Shown piece by piece: positions 7,049 through 16,500 of a stretch of DNA of 32,427 nucleotides. The position numbers and the translations under genes were made by a program. Position 1 is the first letter of the stretch. Each line of letters opens with the position of its first letter. The DNA comes from a virus: IMG/VR virus record IMGVR_UViG_3300000298_000020, positions 1 through 32,427 of that record. The stretch is one strand, 5' to 3'. Under the pieces are notes generated by a model. The model had not been told where the DNA came from, searched no databases, and was given only the letters and a program-made list of their open reading frames with translations.

Positions 7049-8197
7049 ATGACTACGGAAAAGCTGTTAAAAGAACTATTAGGCAAGCTCGAGGGGTTGG
7101 AAAAGCAAATTGGCACAAATTCTACCTCGCAAACACAAGATTGGGCAGAAAACAGGTTTTTGAAATTCACCGAAAAGGAGATTTTACAAATGCCTAAAAA
7201 AATCAGAATAGTAATCCGTGAATGCGACTGCACGGTTTACGCCCGAAAAAGAACAACAGGGAGGTATAAATGTTCATACGAAATTCAATTTAATAGAAAA
7301 GGTTACCATATTTCCGCATCTGGCAGAACAAAAGAAGAAGCAAAAGCGCGTTTTATCGCAAAAGCAAAGGCTCTTGATATTCAACAAGGGAACGGCGCCA
7401 TTTCTGTTCCAACGAACTTTGATAAATTTGCAAATTACTGGTTTGAAAATTTTCATAAACGCAAAGTTGGAGCGAATACGTTTGAGCACGACATAAAGCT
7501 TTACAAGAGGCACATAAAAGAGCGCTTCGCAAAGTTTCCAGTAAATTACATAAATGCTGCTATGCTTCAATCATTTTTAGATGATTTTTCAGACCGCCCC
7601 AAAACGACAAAAGACTTGTTTTCGCTGCTTAACCAAATATTAAATATGGCAGTCAAGCACGGATTGATAAGATTAAACCCTATAAGTATTTGCATCATCA
7701 AAAATTATGAACAAAATCACGGGTCGTTAATCGATAAAGACGAGGAGTATAAGCTTCTTAACACTTATAAGGGGACTGAATGGGAATTGCCGTTTGCTAT
7801 TGCTATTTATACCGGGCTGCGCCCTAATGAATACGCATCAGCGATTATTGAAAATGATTTTATTAAAGCAGTAAACAGCAAGCGGCATAACAGTAACGGC
7901 AAGATTGAATATAAATATATTCCCATTACGCCAATGCTTCGTCCGTATTTGAAAGGTATAAACGAGCTGCCTGCAACGCCTAACTTGCAGAATTTAACCC
8001 GGCGGCTTAAAAAAGTGCTTCCCAATCACAAATTATATGATTTGCGCACCACTTTTCAAACGCGTTGCACAGAGTGTGGAATTACTGACAGTGTTATCGG
8101 TGTATGGATGGGCAATTCCATAGGCAAATTAAAAGAAGCTTATACAGATTTTTCAAAAAGCTTTTTATTAAAAGAAGCGGAGAAATTTCTCTATTGA
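7049..8197 (+). CDS. int: Tyrosine recombinase / phage integrase
   Basis: YTGLRPNE (catalytic Arg region), LYDLRTTF (xxLR box), GVWMGN and KEAYTDF (candidate Tyr). AAGGAGG RBS. The attP-like region follows directly. Confidence 0.85.
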   Translation: MTTEKLLKELLGKLEGLEKQIGTNSTSQTQDWAENRFLKFTEKEILQMPKKIRIVIRECDCTVYARKRTTGRYKCSYEIQFNRKGYHISASGRTKEEAKARFIAKAKALDIQQGNGAISVPTNFDKFANYWFENFHKRKVGANTFEHDIKLYKRHIKERFAKFPVNYINAAMLQSFLDDFSDRPKTTKDLFSLLNQILNMAVKHGLIRLNPISICIIKNYEQNHGSLIDKDEEYKLLNTYKGTEWELPFAIAIYTGLRPNEYASAIIENDFIKAVNSKRHNSNGKIEYKYIPITPMLRPYLKGINELPATPNLQNLTRRLKKVLPNHKLYDLRTTFQTRCTECGITDSVIGVWMGNSIGKLKEAYTDFSKSFLLKEAEKFLY

Positions 8198-8462
8198 ATA
8201 CCCTAAAATACCCTATATTTTCAATAGCATGTTAATGTTCTAACATGCGAAAAGTGCCCCAAATAGGGCAAAAACAGTGATAAAACACCCAAATTTTCAT
8301 TATTTTACCCTATTTAGGAGCACAAATTTAGGTTCGAGTCCCATCATCTCCACCAAAAAATGAGGTAAAATCAGTGATTTTATCTCTTTTTTTATCGTTT
8401 TTTGCCCTATTTTCTAAAATTTAGGGTCAATATTTAAGATGTACCCTAAATGTACCCTAAAT
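8198..8462 (+). other. attP region with arm-type repeats
   Basis: CCCTA(A/T)(A/T)T-type motifs occur on both sides of the tRNA-like core. They include ATACCCTAAA 8198, ATACCCTATA 8208, TACCCTATTT 8306 and GCCCTATTTT 8404. There is an inverted copy at 8419-8427 and a tandem GTACCCTAAAT at 8441 and 8452. An 8-bp inverted repeat GCATGTTA/TAACATGC lies at 8227-8248. Confidence 0.65.
8331..8355 (+). other. tRNA 3-prime-end fragment (T-loop, acceptor 3-prime strand, CCA): probable attP core
   Basis: GGTTCGAGTCCCATCATCTCCACCA. No matching 5-prime acceptor strand or other arms are present upstream, so this is not a full tRNA gene. It is followed by a hairpin at 8363-8385 plus a T7 run at 8387-8393, which would replace the host tRNA terminator. 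Confidence 0.7.
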
Positions 8463-8494
8463 TTTTAAAACTTTCAAAAATCTGTTTCTGAACA

Positions 8495-8533
8495 AAAAAT
8501 TAAAACAAAGCCGCCCGATTTTAAGTCGGGCGG
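8495..8533 (-). terminator. Rho-independent terminator ending the late operon
   Basis: Stem CCGCCCGA (8511-8518) pairs with TCGGGCGG (8526-8533). On the minus strand it is followed by CTTTGTTTTAATTTTTT. Confidence 0.75.
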
Positions 8534-8558
8534 TTCTGCTGTGCATATATTTGTAATT

Positions 8559-9401
8559 TCAAGCAGCCTTTTCCTTTTCCAAAAATTTTTGGATGAAATC
8601 AAGGCGTCTTTTCATTTTGTCCTGCAACGTGTATTTTACGAAATTCGCACCGTCTGTCATTCCGGTAAACGCGCTTGAGGCAATTCTAAATAGTTTGGCA
8701 AGCGTGCTTACTATAACACCTAACCCAATCACTTGATTAGTGAAAAACAGTGTGCTGAACGCAAAGGACATGGCTACAATCATTGTTAATTTTTGTATAA
8801 CCATCTTGCTGATTGCCTTGCCCTCATTTCCGTACAAATCGTCATCGTCATTTGAATTAAGGTCTACGCCGCTGAATATCGTGCTTGTTTTTATCGGAAC
8901 ATATCTTATCCAGCGGCTGCCCACCTTTATATGTTTACCAGCGACTTTAAAACAATGTATATCACGGTCCGCCGTTTCAAGTTTTTCTGCCCAATACTTT
9001 TTTTTGTTAATCCGGGCAAACATCATACGTCTTTGAAGATAAGCAGTGTATGCAGATAACTTCTTCTCGTCGTTCCGCTGTTTTACATAATCCTCAAATT
9101 TCGTCATGAGGTCGTGCGAAACAAGCCCCTCATGTGCTCCCTTTATTTTTGCCTGAACCTCTTTAACATCCTGATTAGCGTTAATCTCCCTTTCACGCGA
9201 ATACGCTCTTGCGGATAAGGCTACAAATATGACGGATAAAACGGTAAGCCCCAATTCCACCCAATAAGACGTATCTTTAAAAACACTTGGGTCAAACCCT
9301 GCGTGCACATAATCCATCAATACCTCTGAGGCGGTAATGAATATTAAAAGGCATATCAGGAAGAATTGTTTTAAATTAAATTTAGATTTATCAATATTCA
9401 T
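8559..9401 (-). CDS. Membrane protein, 280 aa (2 TM, soluble region, 2 TM), unknown function
   Basis: Hydrophobic segments FFLICLLIFITASEVLM, WVELGLTVLSVIFVALSA, LTMIVAMSFAFSTLFF and VIGLGVIVSTLAKLF. AAGGTGG RBS. Last gene of the late operon. Confidence 0.6.
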   Translation of the reverse strand: MNIDKSKFNLKQFFLICLLIFITASEVLMDYVHAGFDPSVFKDTSYWVELGLTVLSVIFVALSARAYSREREINANQDVKEVQAKIKGAHEGLVSHDLMTKFEDYVKQRNDEKKLSAYTAYLQRRMMFARINKKKYWAEKLETADRDIHCFKVAGKHIKVGSRWIRYVPIKTSTIFSGVDLNSNDDDDLYGNEGKAISKMVIQKLTMIVAMSFAFSTLFFTNQVIGLGVIVSTLAKLFRIASSAFTGMTDGANFVKYTLQDKMKRRLDFIQKFLEKEKAA

Positions 9402-9411
9402 CTATGCCACC

Positions 9412-9903
9412 TTACCGTTTTGCAAAAACCTCGCGTGAGTATAGCACATTGAATACAATGCCTATACAGAAGCTGATACTAATCCATCCTAACGTTGCCG
9501 ACAGCTTTACTAATTGAGCCTCGAGCGCGTTAAACGCAGTCAAAGCGGCTATTAGGAATAATAGCGGCATAATGCTGTTCAGTACCGCCTCTATAGTCCG
9601 TATATTCTTTATTTCACGCTCTAAAGCTTTCAGCTCGGTCTTGTCCTGTTTTGTCTTTAAATCTGCAAGCATTATATTGCACTGCGATTTCATGTCTGAC
9701 AGCTTTCTGTCGACAAACAGCTTTTTAATAACCCAAAAAAGGAAAAGCAAAAGCAAAATTCCGGTTATTCCTATCTTAAATCCGACAGCAGCCTTTGTGT
9801 CCCCTATGTTGCTATATTGAATAATGACGAGGATGATAGGAATCACAGCCGAAAACAACGCGTGTAAAATAAAAAAGATTAATCTCTTTTTTGTTACTTT
9901 CAT
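9412..9903 (-). CDS. Membrane protein, 163 aa (about 4 TM), holin candidate by position only
   Basis: Segments LIFFILHALFSAVIPIILVIIQY, ITGILLLLFLFWVI, IMPLLFLIAALTAF and GWISISFCIGIVFNVLY. ATGA overlap with the upstream gene. Confidence 0.55.
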   Translation of the reverse strand: MKVTKKRLIFFILHALFSAVIPIILVIIQYSNIGDTKAAVGFKIGITGILLLLFLFWVIKKLFVDRKLSDMKSQCNIMLADLKTKQDKTELKALEREIKNIRTIEAVLNSIMPLLFLIAALTAFNALEAQLVKLSATLGWISISFCIGIVFNVLYSREVFAKR

Positions 9904-10412
9904 TTAAGCCCTCCGAAATTCACTGAGGCTTGCGCCGGAGCAGCTTCTTCCTCGACAGCTAACGGCTGCAATACTACCGTCATTACCTCGTCAGGCTCTT
10001 GCGGCTTGTATTCTCCTTCTAAGCCTTTTATCGCGTCCGCCAGCTCGGCTACTTCCTCTTTTGTCAAAGCCTTTAGTTTCGCTATTCCCTTGCCCATAGG
10101 CACAAGTAAGCTTTTTAATGAATTAGTAATTTTTTCTATCTTCTCCATACGTGCGTCTAATTCTTTTGTAAGCTTCTTCAATGACTTTTCCGTGACGGCA
10201 GTGACGTCAATATTAAGCGTTTTTCCGGCAAGCTTTTCCGAGACCTTTTGGCTCAGATTGTCCACGTTAAAAGTGGCGTCCAGCATTTTATTGTTTTTGT
10301 TTACCAATTTGCCGATTATAGCCCGTACAATCGTGTAGATTATAAGCCCCGCGCCACTGGCACCGCCGAGAGCTGCGACATATGGCGATATCAATTCCCA
10401 AACATAATCCAT
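9900..10412 (-). CDS. Single-pass membrane protein with long coiled-coil, 170 aa
   Basis: N-terminal SPYVAALGGASGAGLIIYTIVRAII, then a heptad-rich Lys/Glu/Leu region. AAGGAGA RBS. Confidence 0.55.
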   Translation of the reverse strand: MDYVWELISPYVAALGGASGAGLIIYTIVRAIIGKLVNKNNKMLDATFNVDNLSQKVSEKLAGKTLNIDVTAVTEKSLKKLTKELDARMEKIEKITNSLKSLLVPMGKGIAKLKALTKEEVAELADAIKGLEGEYKPQEPDEVMTVVLQPLAVEEEAAPAQASVNFGGLK

Positions 10413-10423
10413 TTTTCATCTCC

Positions 10424-11086
10424 TTAAACAAGTGTAGGGTCGTAGTTCTTTTCAATCGCGGTTATTCTTTCAGAAAGGTTGTTGATAACTCCGATTGCTT
10501 TGTTGTATGCGTTTATTAACCGCTCGTTTTCTTTTTTTAATTCAGTCATTTGCGCATTTTGTGCAGACTTGTGTTTGTCAAAATCGCCCAGCACACGGTT
10601 AAATTCTAACCACAAATCTTTTTCCGTCTTCTCTCTTTTGCTCTTGTCGGTCATTACGAGAGTTTGAGTTTCGGTAAATACTATATTCGCTTGGGCAATC
10701 TGCTTTTCTATTTCGGCAATTCTTTCAAATGCGCTTTTGTCGGTCATGCCGCCCGATACCTGCCACTGGTTTTGTCTTAAATGAAAATAGGCGGTCACTT
10801 TCAGCGGCTCGCACACCCAAGCATGGACAACAATTTCGTCATTTACTTCAGTCACTATAAGGCTGACATATTGCTCTTTATTAAGCAGTTCAGGGGGGAG
10901 TTTTACCCTCCCACCCTTTATTACCGATTTATACTCAATGTTGTCTTCGCCCCTAAAAAGAGCTATATATGCACCTTTTTGGGGCAATAAAAAAGACACC
11001 TCAAAAGTGTCCCTTATATCTAACATGATTGGAGTTCTGTCAATTAAAACTCCTTTTTCACTCCCCATTAAAAGTTCATATTTCAT
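10424..11086 (-). CDS. Hypothetical protein, 220 aa, fibre-associated by position
   Basis: ORF immediately downstream of the fibre gene cluster. The C-terminal half looks like a coiled coil. Confidence 0.5.
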   Translation of the reverse strand: MKYELLMGSEKGVLIDRTPIMLDIRDTFEVSFLLPQKGAYIALFRGEDNIEYKSVIKGGRVKLPPELLNKEQYVSLIVTEVNDEIVVHAWVCEPLKVTAYFHLRQNQWQVSGGMTDKSAFERIAEIEKQIAQANIVFTETQTLVMTDKSKREKTEKDLWLEFNRVLGDFDKHKSAQNAQMTELKKENERLINAYNKAIGVINNLSERITAIEKNYDPTLV

Positions 11087-11308
11087 TTAACTACCCTGCC
11101 TTTCTCTCGGCTTTCCCTCCAACTCTCGAATGTCACCATGAATGCGCCTAAATTCCGCTTTTTTCTCCTCTATATTCGGTATTTCAACGCCCGCCATGAC
11201 TTGCAGCAAATCTTCGTTTAACGAAGTGAGTTGTCTTTTAAGCTTTGAAATGTTTGTCTTTCTTTCAAATTCTTCCTTATTCTTTAAATATATAGGGTCT
11301 ATATTCAT
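11087..11308 (-). CDS. Hypothetical small coiled-coil protein (73 aa)
   Basis: ORF abutting the next gene (TAAATG). No motif recognised. Confidence 0.45.
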   Translation of the reverse strand: MNIDPIYLKNKEEFERKTNISKLKRQLTSLNEDLLQVMAGVEIPNIEEKKAEFRRIHGDIRELEGKPRERQGS

Positions 11309-11334
11309 TTTTCTGCTCCTTTATTTTTATTCTT

Positions 11335-12882
11335 TTATACTCTCGGAGAAAATCTCAGAGTGAAGCTGCATAATATGTCTTCGGTTATATTCGAATTAGA
11401 GTCTGCGACGTTCAATTCTGTATCACCAACAAAAGCAATGCGAGGGAGATTACTTGTTAATCCCGAACAATCCTTTAACAGCACATACTTGCCCGTGTAG
11501 CCTCCCACGTTTATATCTGTAGCCGATGTCAATGTCAAATCGAAATTATAATCACCACCATTATTCGTTGAATATACGTCAAAAATTGAGTCAACGTCAT
11601 TAAGAGAGTGGTTCATAAAGTCCAACATTGCGCCTATGTAATCAGCTGCTATGCCTCCGCCGCCGCTTATAGTCACTTGCCCTACTATTCTGTCTTCGTA
11701 GAATGTGTAGGAATTAACAATATAATTGCCTGAGCCGCCTCCCGCTATTGTTCCGTCTATTGCTCCAGTCAATGTGGTGATAAGTTTTCTTGTAGAATCA
11801 CCACCGCCGCCATCACCACCACCGCCGCCATCGTCTATGGTATCTGTCGTTATAATATCTCCGTTATCGCCTACGACAAGGAATTGCCCTGCTAATCCTG
11901 CCCCCAGATTTTTGTCCAGCTTGTTGGGGACATTGTTTATATTCACAATCTGTTGAGAGGATAAGGCGTCTTGCTTTTCCGATAATTCTTGTTCTACTTC
12001 ATATACCTGCGCCTCTGTCGCTATAGAAGTGCCGGAGTTCGTCGCCTTCGTCGTCTTGTTCGGAACAACCGGTGAGGTCGTGAATGTTTTCGTACCGCCT
12101 ATGGTCTGATTGCCCGAAGTCTGCACGGAGTTGACAATACGCGAATCGTTTCCTTGTGCAACCGTATCTGATGTAGTGCCGAAATTTTTATTAAACGCTG
12201 TATTTTTGTGAAAAGCAGGCTCTGCGCCTACGTCCTCCGCGCTTAGAATTACAGTCCCTGTCTTGCCGTTGACGCTGACTACCGCATCGGAATTTTTTAT
12301 ACTCTCCCAACCGCTGCCCGTTGACAACAGCCAGTCGCCAACGTTAAACGTTTCGCCTGCAAAAGTACCAGCCGTCTGCGTTATGTAATATATCCCCTCA
12401 TTGGCGGTGTAACCTGTTATAGGGGCGGTATCATTCGTCAGGGTAATCGTGTTTGTCGTTGCGCCTATTCGAGCTTTGGCGTCGTCAGTAAGCGTTGCGA
12501 CTGCCGTGTTCGCGTTCCATGTGCCGCCGTATAGCATTTGCCCGAGAATATGGTCGGGCAGCTGTGACGTGGGGACTTTCCCTGTACCGTCAAGCGACGC
12601 TATCCCGTTAGCTTGCCCTTTGCTGGCAAGAATTGAATTTATTGCCGCGACAAGGTTTGTTTTATCCGTTGTATCGAGGTTGTTGAGATTACCTATTAAA
12701 GATATCACCTCGCTTACGTCTCCCGACACGTAGGGCAAGCTCGACCAGTTATTTTCACCGTCTCCTATTTTGAATTTAATCTTACCATCGGTCGTCATTT
12801 CTACGCCCGGTCTGCCAAAATCCAAAACAATGTCATTTGCCGCCCACTCCGCCGTAGTGCCTCTTTTCAATAAAATTTTCAT
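11335..12882 (-). CDS. Tail fibre / receptor-binding protein with Mtd_N/HylP-like N-terminus
   Basis: LLKRGTTAEWAANDIVLDFGRPGVEMTTDGKIKFKIGDGENNWSSLPYV matches the KRGT..W....L..GE...E.DT...K.GDG...W..L.Y signature of phage fibre N-termini. Start moved to ATG 12882, preceded by AAGGAGA. Contains a GGGGGDGGGGD linker. Confidence 0.7.
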   Translation of the reverse strand: MKILLKRGTTAEWAANDIVLDFGRPGVEMTTDGKIKFKIGDGENNWSSLPYVSGDVSEVISLIGNLNNLDTTDKTNLVAAINSILASKGQANGIASLDGTGKVPTSQLPDHILGQMLYGGTWNANTAVATLTDDAKARIGATTNTITLTNDTAPITGYTANEGIYYITQTAGTFAGETFNVGDWLLSTGSGWESIKNSDAVVSVNGKTGTVILSAEDVGAEPAFHKNTAFNKNFGTTSDTVAQGNDSRIVNSVQTSGNQTIGGTKTFTTSPVVPNKTTKATNSGTSIATEAQVYEVEQELSEKQDALSSQQIVNINNVPNKLDKNLGAGLAGQFLVVGDNGDIITTDTIDDGGGGGDGGGGDSTRKLITTLTGAIDGTIAGGGSGNYIVNSYTFYEDRIVGQVTISGGGGIAADYIGAMLDFMNHSLNDVDSIFDVYSTNNGGDYNFDLTLTSATDINVGGYTGKYVLLKDCSGLTSNLPRIAFVGDTELNVADSNSNITEDILCSFTLRFSPRV

Positions 12883-12908
12883 ATATATTCTCCTTGAAAA
12901 TATTGTGT

Positions 12909-13484
12909 TTAATCTGCTGTTGACGGGAATCCGTCGTCTACTACGAAGTAAGTTTTCCTTAATTCGTCCACCGCTTCCCATAATTGCTCAATCGCTATGG
13001 TATTAGCATTTATCTGTGCCGCTTCTTGACTTTTTAAATCAACATCGATTTCCCCGTCTGTCTCTCCCCCCTCATCAACCGTTGTCCGATATAGATTTGT
13101 CGGCATACGGGCGGAAAGTAGTCCGGTTGAGGTTATTTCTGAATAATTTAAGAAAAACTCCAAATTGCCTACAATATCCGTAAACGGCTTGGGCAGCGGA
13201 CATTCAAATAAGAGATAATCATATCCGTCAAGCTTTACCGTTTCTACAAAAAGCAAGTTGTAAAATGTTGCTCCCGCCTGCTGTCTTTGTCCCCTGCTGT
13301 CGGTTATTACTGCTGCAACCGTACACAGCGGAGTTGACCCTGCGTCCCTGTTTTGCGTAACGGGGACGTAAGCTTGTAATCCTACGAATCTATAGCTTCC
13401 TTTGTATAAACGCGTGCTGTTAATAACCTGAGCTGTCCCGCTCACATCGAGTTTCAACGCAAGTTTTCGTAATTGTTGTTCCAT
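12909..13484 (-). CDS. Hypothetical tail-associated protein (191 aa)
   Basis: ORF between the 1201-aa protein and the fibre gene. Confidence 0.5.
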   Translation of the reverse strand: MEQQLRKLALKLDVSGTAQVINSTRLYKGSYRFVGLQAYVPVTQNRDAGSTPLCTVAAVITDSRGQRQQAGATFYNLLFVETVKLDGYDYLLFECPLPKPFTDIVGNLEFFLNYSEITSTGLLSARMPTNLYRTTVDEGGETDGEIDVDLKSQEAAQINANTIAIEQLWEAVDELRKTYFVVDDGFPSTAD

Positions 13485-13504
13485 ATTTCTGCTCCTTTTT
13501 GGGA

Positions 13505-13530
13505 TTAAAAAACACGAGTCGTTCTCGTGT
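13505..13530 (-). terminator. Terminator-like hairpin plus U-tract inside the late operon
   Basis: Stem ACACGAG (13512-13518) pairs with CTCGTGT (13524-13530). On the minus strand it is followed by TTTTTTAA. Lies between the stop at 13534 and the start at 13484. Confidence 0.45.
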
Positions 13531-13533
13531 GTT

Positions 13534-16500
13534 TTATGGGTTTGTTGTATAAGTCACATTAACTTTTGAACGTCGATACTCCGACGGGCTGTCACTTGCG
13601 CTTGTCTGATTATGGAATCTATACCATTCATTTGTATCGGCTAGCTTGAGGCGTATATACAACACGTTATTCTGTATGAAATTAACAACGGCGGAGACAT
13701 TTTCGGCGTCGTCGTTAAATCGGTATCCCTCCATGCTGACGTCTATAAGTTCTATTATCTCAATGCCGTCCAGCGGCGTTCCAGCTAATGGAATACTGAT
13801 ATATTCCAGCTGTTCTGCTTCGCTTGGAGCAGGAGGACGAGAGCTGCCATAAGGCGGAGGCGCAACCTGCATTTGAAAACTGGTAACGTCAAAAACAATA
13901 CCTGTATACGGAAATGTCACCGTCTCCTCTACAGGGTCAGTCGGTAAGCCGCCGCTAGCGCCGTCTATAAATTCTGGATAAATCCACCAGCTTTGAAGCT
14001 TGTCTACGTCCGCCAGCTTAGAAACGTTCTTAACAATGTAGGCATACCTGCTGCCCTGTTGGTTTTCCTGATACAATGCTATTGCCTGTACTTGACTTAG
14101 GTCTAGTCCATCGGGTGGCGTAATTCTCAACTCGATTGCTTCCTGTCCGTCGTCAAGCAAGTCGTAAACGACGTTGTCGGCAACTACGTTTGCGCCTGAA
14201 AGGTTTATGTTTTCATTGAACAAGCTTTGAGGTTCACTTAGCAACAGCATTTTAAGCTCGCTTTCTTTCTGTCCGAAAAGATTTGGAAAGGTTATAAAAT
14301 CCTCAACATCAGCTTCGCTTGCCTTATGCAAAAAGTTTATCTGATAATTGAAAGATATTGCTTCCCGCGCGTCCTTGTCCAACGCAATTCCAACGTTATC
14401 GTTACCCCCGCCGGCAACCGTCTGCCTGACCGTCGGCTTATCTGTTCCCATTATTGCCGTTTGTGCTTCTTCAAACGTCCAATCTGTCTTATTGAACAGC
14501 CTGAACTCGAATAAGTCTGCGCGTCCCATCACGTCGCAATATCTGAGCGGCTGCATAGATAAATATGACGCGTCGGCTGTATCGTCGGGCAGAGGCGTTA
14601 ATTTCCCCGTTTCAAGCAAACTGTTTACCGCGTCTATAATCTCGTTTATTGTGGAGTTGTCTCCATTCGGCACCTGTCCCTCGACTGGCGTATCTACGAA
14701 GTCACCCGCCTTGAAATTGTCTGCCATGTCCCACTCAAATATGATTCCGTCGTGCGTTGGAAAATGTAGTAAAGGCACTGTGCAGTCCGAGTGATCGCTG
14801 GGGTCTTTAGGGTGTATTTCGTTGGGGTCTGTTCTATCGATTAAACTGGACGGAAATAGCTGATTGTTTGGAATCACAAAGCCAGAAGCATTGGTATGTA
14901 ATCGCAATTTATCCGCTTTGAAACGTGTCCATGCGTAATTGGGTAGAACTGGCGGGTTGTTCGGGTCGTCCGGTTTATTAAACACAAGCCACTTTATAAA
15001 ATTACGCCAATAAAGAGGACTTAAAAAGCGCGGCGGCTTTGCTTCCGTGTTTCTCTGCGTGGATAATGTGAAAAAGTCCATTAAACGCACCTCGCGTCTT
15101 ATTTTCGACCTCTCACTTACCTCATAAAAGCGCGGCTCACTTGGTATAGTCACTATGTTTGCCAGCTGGTTGAAATTCTTGCTGTATGTGACCTTTTGAA
15201 AAATAGCGTCGGGATAGCATTCGTTTTCCGTTTCAGTAACATAATAAGCCTCTCCGTTTATCGTGACCATGTCGCCGCTTTCTTTTTCGTTTTCGGGCAT
15301 TGCATATTCTTGTCGCTGGTAAATTCCGTTCCCGACGCGGATGAGCTTGCCAAATAGATTTTGCGAAAACCTTTCACTGTCCACAATCTTATCCTGCTGC
15401 CCGAAAAACTGCTCATGGTGCGGATATTTCTCAAAAGTAGAATTTCGCACAAATGCCGCAAAATCCGGGCGGAATTGAGTAAAGCGCACAGTATCCTGTG
15501 TGTGGAATTTGACATGAAACATAAGGTTGTTGAATTTTATGTTGTCTATATTTCCTATGTCAGTGCCCTGCCACACAAGTTGCAATATGCGTTTTAAAGC
15601 CATAATCTGATCGCCGCTATTTACTCCCGGCGGCACAAAATTAAGCCCCTGTATCTTATTGTCGCCCAAAACGTAGTACAATGCCGCTCCCTTTGACGGA
15701 TATACGTCGTAAGGATTTGCATTGCTTAAAATGTCGTATATGGACTTTTCAAACACCATATCCAACGCCGAGCGCGTGTCCCAGTTCCCATCAGGGAGCT
15801 GCAGGGAGATATCAAACTCCTCAATTGCAAGCACGGAATAAGAAAGCTGTATCTCCGCAGTATTGTTGCTTATTAAAAACGACGGGTCACTCGTTTTTGC
15901 GACTACCCACTCGTCTACGATATTTTGGGGGCTGAATAAATTCGTGACGTAGCTTTCGTATTGCGTAAAGTATTCCGACAAATTCCGGCTGTTGAATACC
16001 GTTATTTTGCCGCTATTATCCGTTTTTGTACGCGTCCCGCCAAGCTGTCTGAATTTTAAAATAAACCTGTCAGTCTCGTCGTCCGCAAACTCCAAATACG
16101 GTATCGCATGTATGTAATAGCCGATTTGTAGCAAGACTTCCCATAGATTTTTTTGCTCGAATATTGTTTCATGCGCAATAGCTGTTTTAAGGCGGTTGTT
16201 CCATTCGTTATCCACGATTATGGCGTGTTCCAGCGACGGCTGGGTATTTCCCATGCTTCCGAACTCGTCAAGACTTTGAACGCGGTTGTCCAAAATGTGA
16301 GTATCCAAAGTGAGCAATGCTTTTCTCAGCAAATTGTAGCAGGAATATTTCTCGCCCGAAGCTATTAGCGGTCCGCCTATCGTAGTAACCGACATGTCTT
16401 TGTATTCAAACGACGTTGTTATTCTGACCGTTGACGAGTCAACTACGGGCGTTGCGCTTGTATATATGTCCCACCAGTAATACGTAACCGTTCCTATTAA

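Noticed and set aside
8260-8355. A complete tRNA gene at the att site
   Set aside because: Only the T-loop, the 3-prime acceptor strand and CCA are present. No complementary 5-prime acceptor strand (GGAGATG), D arm or anticodon arm lies upstream.
11335-12882. Diversity-generating retroelement targeting the Mtd_N-like fibre
   Set aside because: There is no reverse transcriptase ORF anywhere in the window. I saw no template/variable repeat pair for the fibre C-terminus.
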